A stretch of 59,774 bases of DNA, the filler included, from Sphacelaria rigidula (taxonomy: Eukaryota), in assembly GCA_964200075.2 (NCBI GenBank). It is 9 parts of 9 records of this genome, joined end to end, with 100 filler letters (N's around TTAATTAATTAA, not from the genome) between each part and the next. Parts side by side here need not be neighbours in the genome. Positions count along the whole stretch, not along the records: positions 46,571 to 53,122 come from CAXNAA020019387.1; positions 53,223 to 59,774 come from CAXNAA020019388.1; 7 more parts are not named here. One strand, given 5' to 3'. Position numbers and translations under genes: made by a program. This document shows, in pieces, positions 50,701 through 59,774 of this stretch. Positions within the stretch are counted from its first letter, which is position 1. Every line of letters starts with the position of its first letter. The notes below the pieces were generated by a model. The model made no database searches. It saw only the letters and a program-made list of their open reading frames with translations, and was not told where the DNA came from.

Positions 50701-53122
50701 GCCGAGGCGGGAAACATTCCGTTTGGTCAGCGACAACCAGGCGGTGAACGCGCAGATGGAACAGTCTCCGGGGGTGATGTTAAGCCAAGAAGATATGCGG
50801 GAGTTGCTGTAAACCAAATGCTTCAGCAGCTTAGACCTGCTCCAGGGGTACTGGCAGATGCCTCTGGCGCCGGAGGCTGAGGAGATCTTCACGATCGTCA
50901 CGCTTGACCGTTTGTTTACGCCTACTCGTGTCCCACAGGGCGTGTTGAACGCCACGGCGTATTTCCAAGGTGTGCTGACTGACATTTTGCGAGGTCTAAA
51001 CTGTGAAGTGTGGATGGGTGACGTTTTCTATTTTGCTGAAACCGAAGAAGTATTGTTCGCTTTGCTTGACGAAATTCCTGGCCGCCTGGAGAGTGTTGGT
51101 CTGTTCGTCGCTGCACATCAGTGCACCTTTTTTTCCCGCGAAGTGGTTTGGTGTGATAAGGTGTACTCCAAGGGTACTGTTTCGCATGATACCGTCCGCA
51201 TCCAAGGTTCGAGCAATATGCGACGTCCTCAAACCGCTAGTGAGCTGATGCAGTTTCTGCAAGCGGTATATTGGTTGCGGGCTTCGCTCCCGCGCATGGC
51301 GGAAGTAGTCGCGCCGCTTCGTGTCTTTTTGGAACAACTAATGGTAGGGGCTTTGCGTCGGACCAAGCCGGTGGCGCATAATTGTATCATCCCGGAGGAC
51401 GCTTTGACCGACCGAGGATCTTGTGCGGGCATGGCGTGCTGCGCAAGATTTGGTGGCGCAAGCGGTGCCGCTGTATCATCGTAGTCCAGGATGCGTTGTT
51501 CTGGTGTTTGCAGATGCTTCGGATTTCCACTGGGGTAATTTTTCAACGCAAGTGCCGGTCGCCGAGTTTAGTAGTGGCATTGCGCTCGAAAACATTTCAC
51601 ATGAACCATTGGCTTTTCAAGGATTCACAGTTGCGGTGGGCGAGAGTGGACAAAGAACGTCTCGCGATAGTCAATACGTTTCGAAAGCTAGATTACTTGC
51701 TTTGGGGTGGTGTTCGCATTTTCACCGATCATCGCAATCTGAAATACACTGTTAACCATGAAGAATGTGTCACATTGGTGACGAAGGCCATGGCGCAACG
51801 GCTTGAAAGTTGGAAAGGGGTGCTCGGCCAATATCGTTATGCCATTGAACACATTCCTGGAGAGCGTATTGTTGGGGAGATTTGTTGTCTCGTTGGGTGA
51901 AGGTTCCCACCGTGCCTCGTCGTTCTGTTGCCATGTACAGCCCGTGTAATGCCGATGATTCGCTGCTGCCCTCGTTAGATGTCATTCGTACCGCGCAGCG
52001 CAGAACAGTCGGCGACGGTGTTCATTCTTCTCTGACGACTTTCGGCCAAGCTGCCTTGGCTGACGATGGTTTGTTTCGCGTGCGTGTTGGCAGTAGTGAT
52101 GTTCTGTGGTTTCCGTCGGATGATAAGGCTCTACGAACTTGCTTGATGGTGTGCGCTCACATGCGGTCGGCTGGTCACCGTGGTATGGCACCGACTCTGA
52201 TCCGTTTGAAAGAATACTGTGTGTGGCCTCACATGGATCCCCACCTTCGTGAGTGCGTCCGCCAGTGTTTGCATGGTGTAGACACTCATGCTGGTGCGAT
52301 TATTATACTTCGTCCGTATGGCGATACTGTGCATGGTACTGCGCCAGGTGAAGTTGTTACTTTGCTTTTATGCACGTCGGAAGTAGCGGACCTGAAGGTG
52401 CTAATGGTGTGCCTGATAAGGATGGTTTTCGGTAGGTCTTAGATATCATGGATGATTTGTCCAATTCCTTTCGGTTGGAGCCGACCGAGGCTTGCACCGC
52501 CGAGGTTACGGCTAAGCACTTGCTCCATTGATTTAAGACTTTGGGGGTGCCGCGTGTGGGGGTTAGTGATACTGCCACGCACTTCAAGAATCGAGTAATC
52601 GCGCGGCTGAGCGACACGCTCAAGGTACGAAACCAATTTGCTGTTGTGTATACCCCTTGATCGAGTGGTGCTTGTGAACGCATGATGAAAGAGGTTGTTC
52701 GTTCGTTGCGGTTCATTTTGTCGGAATAAGGACGGTGGGTGTCTGAATGGGTTGATGTTTCGCCAGCCGCTCAGTGGGCGTTGAAAACTTCCTTTCGTGA
52801 ACGCTACCGTAAACACTCCGTACTGTGTGATGTTTGGACGTGCGCCGCGTACAGCGGTTTCCGCGCTGGTTCCTGTCACTGGAGGCGAGTGGGACGTCGA
52901 TGTCATGGGTGCTGATACGTTGTGTGACAAGGTTCGAGGCAGGGTTGACGAGCAAGTGCGGTTTTGTAACGAAGTGCAAGCTGCTGTCGCGATGTCTCGC
53001 GAAACCAAACGCAAGCTTGCTCAGGGCCAGGCTGTGTTGCTCAAGTTTGCAGATGGAGATTTCGTCTTGTATGCCCGTGTTCGTAGGCGAGGTGTGACGC
53101 CCAAGTTGATGTCCACATGGAC
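47798..53122 (+). mobile_element. Near full-length decayed Ty3/Gypsy (copy C): putative 5' LTR 47798-48213, gag, PR, RT, RH, IN; cut off by the gap
   Basis: CYNCGDNGHLMKDC knuckle; DLLQGYWQMPL, RVPQGVLNA and WMGD (dead YxDD); FADASDFHWG, IFTDHRNL; H..GHRG..C..C; MDDLSN..SDTATHF..ACERM. Many stops and frameshifts. Confidence 0.93.
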
Positions 53123-53222
53123 NNNNNNNNNNNNNNNNNNNNNNNNNNNNNNNNNNNNNNNNNNNNTTAATTAATTAANNNNNNNNNNNNNNNNNNNNNN
53201 NNNNNNNNNNNNNNNNNNNNNN
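53123..53222. other. Artificial contig spacer
   Basis: N-TTAATTAATTAA-N. Confidence 0.98.
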
Positions 53223-53339
53223 GGTCTACCCGCGCACGGAGAGAACGCAGGTGAGAGCCACCGCCCCCCCCCCCCCCCCCTCACCCCCCCGTATCGTAGC
53301 ATGGCACCACGATAGATGTAGGTATAAATGTAACACAGG

Positions 53340-56300
53340 TGCCTGGCTTGATTGATAATGTCGGTGAAGAATTCACGCCGGAGTGAAAATATACGTCTTC
53401 GGTGCTGATACCACGTGAAAGAAGCTTCCGCGAGCTCAGTATCGATGTGTCACATTTTTCAGCACTCTGATGATGAGTAGGTCGCGGGGCACCCTTTCCC
53501 AGCTGGATGAATCAATGATGAACTATGTTTGCAGTCTCGGCAAGTGCGGGTATTGGGATGCCATCGCCTGACTCGATTGCATAATGATATCCGAGTAAAT
53601 TCCATGAAGTGATTACGCTCACCGACGAAACCCAGTTAGAAGCTAGGAATACGTACAATACTCACAGAGCACGTGCAGGTCGACAAATCATTTTTCGGTG
53701 CATCTGTCGTCAGTTCGTCTTATTCAAAGTCTAGATGGATACATTTATCCGGTGTTACTTCATGTGGAGGTTGTGACAACATATCCAGAGGTCGTGAAAA
53801 ACAGAGATTAGTGGGGGGTTTGAGCGGTCACAGATGTTGCGACACACAGATGTCACGACACACGGCAAATACAAGATATGCACCATACTTCCCCCATGTA
53901 GCGTTTCTCTAAGCAGCGACCACCCACCTGAACTTCCCCCAGAAAGACAAAGCCGTGAATTGTGCCGCAGTCACATGCTGTTCTTGTACGTACGTGCTAT
54001 TCACGAAGCTCAGCTGCGAGCGTCATTGGTACTCTATTGACCGATCTCTTTACTTGACCCTTCTACTTGGTATTCCGATTATTGCTCAACAAGGGTCGTA
54101 TAGGAGAACAAAATGGGTCTACCGAACGTTCGCAAACATCCCCGCCACCCGCCTAGAACAAAATCTCACAGGATACAGATCATACGAAGCACACACCGCA
54201 CCATGCGCAGACCATACGAGATACGTCAGACTACCATATTTACGAGATACATACCACACAAAGTACTATCATCCGTACAAACAAAGGTTGTCATACAGAG
54301 CACAGACCACAAAGTCGGGCACTTCGGATACGAAGACGGTGTCATATACGAATCACCTTCCGGCCGCGATGCTCGTACTCTCCCGATTATCTTCTGATAC
54401 GCGTCAACAGTTGACACACGCGCGAAACCTCGGACATATGATCAAATGTCACGACTCCACTGCCCCCCGAAAAAAATGAATAAAATTATGTATCACGCGC
54501 AAATAACACGGACACACCCACTACTACAGGCTTGCGTGGCCCCCCTCACAGGGAAAGGAGCACGTACGAGATTCTGGTGCAAAGAACCAACGGCATAGCC
54601 ACCGTCTTGCTCTTTCCCTTCCAGAACATCCTCACCAAAAAATATACCATGCCGAAACAAACGGGGTATTCCTCCGGTCCGCCTGAAACCGCGACTGTAC
54701 TTCGTTCGCCCGACAGAGGAGTACATGACCATAGGAACAACGAAAGTACAACAGAATGGCAAATAGCCAAAATGTGTCGATATCATAGCGGTAGTATCAG
54801 CACAGAGTCGTGGGCTCACGAACTCACAAGCACGAAAGTCACGAACCACACGTCACAGTCCAGACTAGCCCGCCAGTCAGCATCCGCACAACACGTCTCT
54901 AAGTAACACAAGAAGAGGGCTAAAAAAAACGGCAAGATGGTTCTTTCTGCAAACCTGTACCGTAGCTAGACGAAACGCCGTTCACTTATTCTCGAATATT
55001 TCGCCAGCATGTGCTCATCATGCCTCTTCATCGCAGTTGACCGCTTCGCCAAGCAATTCGACAAAGGGGCCAGGATGCCTACGATGATTAATGACTGATT
55101 CATAGCAAACAAAAAGCAAGAAATTCAACAGCACTGACATAAGACAGGATGTGCGTGTGTGAGGATGAATGTCCACAGGTATGCCCGACACGGCAGGTCA
55201 GCCATCATCCGAAGACAAAATATGTTACTATGGAACGGAATTTTCGGTTCCGTACAAATCAATTGTACAAGCACTGATGCTAAGTACGGAGTTGAGTAAG
55301 ATCAAATAGATCATGATGCTTTCCACAACGCGCGGAAAGATGGGGCACGCGCCGGAAATCCAACCGCACCACTACGAAACCACCTCTCTTCGCAGCGGAA
55401 ACGTCCTCGAAACTTCGCAGCCTCTACAAGATCAGGCGTTTGCTACACTAAAGGCAGGGAGGGAACGTTAAAATCGAGATACCAGCGTTCAAAGGTTCGT
55501 GCATCGCAAGAGAGAAGACTTTTTTTTCACTCTTGGGCGCCAAAAAAGAACGTGTTTCCGTCTACTTGCTTTGCGAACAGCAAACACACACTTTTCCCCT
55601 CCCATCCTTGCCACGAAACCCAGCATACCGGCGATATGAACGAGAGCCGAAGAGGTGAACATCATCAAATTGTCATACGCACATATTGTTCTCTCTCGAC
55701 ACGACAAACCTAAACATTATCAAAACTCACTGTCGAAAAAAAGTCGACTTCACCCCCTCCACCCCATTCCTAGTGGCGCACTAACCGCAGCCCCAACATG
55801 CCCCCTACCTACACCCTGAAGAAGAGGTGCTCTCAGCTTCTTGATTGGTCAGACACATCTAGCTGCGTAATCTGGGGATCCAAATTTCCAATTGATGGGT
55901 GACGGCACTCACCGCCGTGACGTCACCATGAGGGCGTGGTAAAATTCAACCATGGACGATGTCGCCCGGGAGAGTCTTCATTGGTCCATTGCACAGCAGC
56001 CACACCAGTCAGCTATACACACACCGTAGATATATCCGGGGTGGTATATGTAAAGGTATATGTCAATATATATACCCCAGGACAATGGCGACACTCACCG
56101 TCGACTTTCACCATGCAAGGAGACCCGCGCACGGCCACAAGGTCCCCGCGTTGGCCGGACAACATCGACGACACGACCTACTTCCAACGGACCAACCTTC
56201 GTCGGCGATGTCATATGTACTCCGCGTAAACACCCCACGACACCTGCGGCTCGGCGTAACCTACTAACTAATCCACGTAACACGCATAGTACGTGTGCCT

Positions 56301-57960
56301 CCGTGCGGTACACTACGAATCACCACATAAAATACTTGCGCGCGGTCCGAGTAGCATTCATGAACCTACTCCTCCGAATAGCACCCGCAGCAACTTCGGC
56401 CCCCGCTCGACATATTCCGGGACACACCCTTGACGTCTGTGATCTGTTTGACATACTCCGTACGAAACCGACGGCAGTAGATGATCCGCGTAGCATGCTC
56501 CAGTCAAAATTCACGTTTGTTGAACTGTCGCTTCACGTCACACGTTCTGAACAACACCCACGAACACGGACGGCGTGGTGCTCCCGGCAGCAAACGGACC
56601 GTCGGTCTCCGCACATCACGTCGACCTTTTGATGGTCTTGACGGGTCAAGACCGGCCCGCTTCATTCCAATGCTTCTGGTGCCTGGAGAAACTTGGAGGG
56701 GCTACAGGAGTCATCACACGAAGAAACGTTGCCAACGACAGCGACAGCAACAGCAACAGCAACAGCAACATGATCACAAACGACCCCGGGGTGAGGTATT
56801 TACGTTCCCCGAGCCGGTGAACATCATCCCTCGTTATTTGTGTGTGTTTTCATCGGTGCGGATAAGCAAAATGGCGCCTTGCTCGTTTTTTCGTATTTCG
56901 TCTGCTCGGCACACACCTATGAATTTTTTTCCGGCGGCCGTCCCGAAAAAAAAATATGAGGGGAAGAAGAATGGGAATCCTACTCACACACACACACAAA
57001 AAAAAATCATCGGTGGTGCTTCAGTAGCTGCGATCGTCACTTGTATCAGGCGGCAGTTAGACACCAACAGACATCAAAAGCTGTCGAGATTCCTCGCCTT
57101 TGGCGCTTTACAGCGAATCCCGAACACCTCGAGCTGCGTCAACAAAAGAACCGTCTTCCTCGCCGGAGTGATTCGCTTGATCGTATTAAACGATCCTTGC
57201 AGACAATGGGCAAAGAATTTCTGGGAAAAAATCACTAGATTCTCCTCGCCAATACAGGTTCGTCCCACTGCTTGGTTCGAAACAGTTTCTCCGGCGATTC
57301 CCCGCGCGATTGAGGTTCGGGACCTGGGACTCAGGGCAGAGGTGCATACCGATGATTTCAAGGCCATCATTGGCGCAGGGTTTTTCATTTTGTTTTTCAG
57401 TCACGTGTATTTGACTGAAATTCCGGAATACATATAATATATACATACAAGGTTCCCCTTCGGGAGGTTGGTACGGGCCTCCCGGGGATGACGCAAGTCG
57501 AAAATATATGGTCAACACAACCTGCTGTTGTATCTCAATGTACAGCAGTGATGGTGGCTGTACAACACATCGCATGTGTTACCGAATGTCGTTCGGAAAT
57601 ATGGGAATTCGGACGGAGGCAGACGGCGGAACCGCCGGCGTAGGGCATGTTTGGTGTTTCCGAGGTGCCAGAGTGCGGAGTAGCTCTCGTGCACAAAGAC
57701 ATGACAGCGGGAGACACTTCCCGAAAAATTGGAATGCGTGGAACATTATCGGCATGTTCTTCGTACACCACTGTGGCTTCCACATCCCCGGGCCTTTTTG
57801 TTCAACACAGTGATTGTTTGTTGCGGCAAAATATTCCTGTGCTGCCGTGCTGTTGTGCCTTGTTCAACTCGCCAATGACCCCTTGCACGGTGCTGTGTTT
57901 GCTCCTGACTGAGGCCAAGGCAATGTTCAATTGATTTCAATTTCTTTCCTCTCATGTCCT
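53340..57960 (-). pseudogene. Probable decayed multi-exon KDZ (Kyakuja-Dileera-Zisupton)-type transposase
   Basis: Colinear minus-strand motifs: a Cys-rich segment (~56350-56600), SPCMVKVDG (~56100), RTGGI..RHGIFFG..LEGKE (~54610-54690), IYSD (~53590), and FIIDS..GCPATY..IDTELAE (~53430-53520). Confidence 0.5.
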
Positions 57961-59093
57961 CGTGACAATAACGGCATAACCGATGTGTTCGTCTCCTGTA
58001 TGAACGAGAACGCGACAAGGAGAAACACGGGGGGGAAATACCCCGCCAAATAATCCTGTTCGAGGATGTCCATAATCTTCAACAGGCTTTTTTCATGGTT
58101 CGGGTTCTTGCTTCAAGTTTTCCATGATCTTGAAAAGGCTTTTGTGGTTAGGGACCTACACCTCGCGAAAAATGGCCCGTTTGAGCGACGTTCGGTGGCC
58201 GGAACACGCACCACAGGTATCAGATGACACCCAAACCTGAACGGTAATGTTACGCTGAGCCTTCTCTGTGCGCTGCAAAAAGAAAGCGCGGGAAAAAATG
58301 TCGTGCTGCCAGGAAAAACTCAGCAAAAGTGGTGAAAAAAGTTAAATGGTACGTGTACATATATGGAAAATCCTCATCTCAGGAATAAACGACTTTCAAA
58401 TAGAGCGTGCACCCAAATGATGGCCTTCAACTTGTCTATGCATACATCACTCTTCCTAAAACATACCAGATCCTGACTCTCGAACCTCGCGTGGGGAGTA
58501 CAAGTCATGTATACCCGAACGAGCGTGGAAATCCCATACACGATTGTGGATACATTTCTCGAAATATGCTTCTTTCGTCGTGACTCTCGAACGTCGACGA
58601 GTTAGGAGCCGAGACAGGCAGTGATGTTCTCGCCTGGACGTCATTCACACGCTTACGTCAGGGCAATCGGGTACCTTTTGCCCTGCACTATTTCCGGATT
58701 TACTGTCCAGGATTTTTTGTCCAGGAAAGTATTTGAAATGATGGGTATGCATGCATGTTCGACCGGTGCTCGCGGCGACCTCTAGGCTGCCATTACGGCT
58801 GCAGAAGCTGCTTGCGCTACTTTTTTCTGCTATTTGTCGGACTTCCGACCGAGACGAGCTTTCGGGCCATGTACACAACTGGGGCCAACCTGTGCGTACG
58901 GTGGATGACAGCAGGCGTGTAAAGTCCAAATGGTTGCTGTTGTGTCGATAATGATAATGATGCTGTTTACAACGGCCAACACTGATCGTATTGTATTTGC
59001 ATCGCCACCCTCCCCACCCCACCCCACCGCCTGCGCGATACAGGAGGTATCATCAGAACCGTTTCAGGACGTACGTGATGAGCGCGCGGTCCG

Positions 59094-59183
59094 TCACAAA
59101 AGGTCAAAGAAGTACGGCATGCCCTGTCCTAGCTCCCACACAGCTATGCCGACCCCCAGTTGCTTAGCCAGCTCTGTTCGTTC
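59094..59183 (-). CDS. CHID1: Last exon of a chitinase-domain-containing protein 1-like (GH18) gene
   Basis: [29 protein letters not shown] matches the characteristic CHID1 C-terminus (WELGQG..YF.DLL). A CAG acceptor lies at 59184-59186. Confidence 0.85.
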   Translation of the reverse strand, partial: ERTELAKQLGVGIAVWELGQGMPYFFDLL

Positions 59184-59774
59184 CTGAATGTATGTGTACG
59201 GGGAAGCGAAGGATGGGGGGAGGGGGTACACATGACCTTGCATGCCGTAGTCATATGACCATTGATCTCGCGTTCCTACAAAGCCGAGACGGAGCACGCC
59301 GGGTTTTCGCCGGACCAGCCTCGCGATCACTCAGCGCGAAGCGCCATGATGTTTTCGGCGATTCGCATGAAGGATTGGCGGCATCCTGCCGAGAATGTTC
59401 GGCCCAAAGCGTACTGATGATGTTGCATTCGGATGACAGCCTACAATGAGCTGCATCATTCTCCACTTCCAGATACAGCTATGGGTTACACACTGCCTCG
59501 TAATTACTTTACAATCCAATTCTACTTAGTATAATATCCCTTTTGCGCGGAAATGAGGTTCTCGTGCCCCGCAAGACATGATCCAGCGCGACCACCATCA
59601 TGGCCACCGAAAAAAGACATGCAAGCGCAAACAAAAACGAAGCCCTGGCTGCCTACAATAGCATACGCAGTGAGTGGCGGAATTTACTGTGTCGTTACCC
59701 ACCGACGTCAACATTGGGGGGGGGGGGGTACTCATGATCATGCATGCCATCGTCATACGACCTTTGACCTCGAA

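Noticed and set aside
56481..57437. 318-aa plus-strand ORF with poly-Q
   Set aside because: No recognisable domain. It spans microsatellites and is antisense to the putative KDZ exons.

Overview
This is eukaryotic, intron-containing, repeat-rich DNA, most likely from a brown alga or other stramenopile (inferred from the transposon lineages, intron structure and a CCCTAA motif). It is not one locus. Nine contigs of almost identical length (6,553 or 6,552 bp) are joined by artificial 100-bp N..TTAATTAATTAA..N spacers, so adjacency across the gaps means nothing. The contigs hold decayed and nested Ty3/Gypsy and Ty1/Copia LTR retrotransposons, a LINE endonuclease fragment, a decayed intron-containing hAT transposase, a probable decayed KDZ-type transposase and many MITEs. 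Host-gene pieces are three exons of a His-box fatty-acid-hydroxylase/sterol-desaturase family gene, the last exon of a CHID1-like GH18 gene, and one exon of unknown function. The most striking structure is a 1,977-bp TIR element (36238-38214) with an 8-bp TSD. It carries three regularly phased arrays (about 26 units, 42-43 bp period) of the palindrome CAATATATATTG plus a half-site, separated by unique GC-rich spacers. The arrays look like CRISPR but are most plausibly hAT subterminal transposase-binding arrays.
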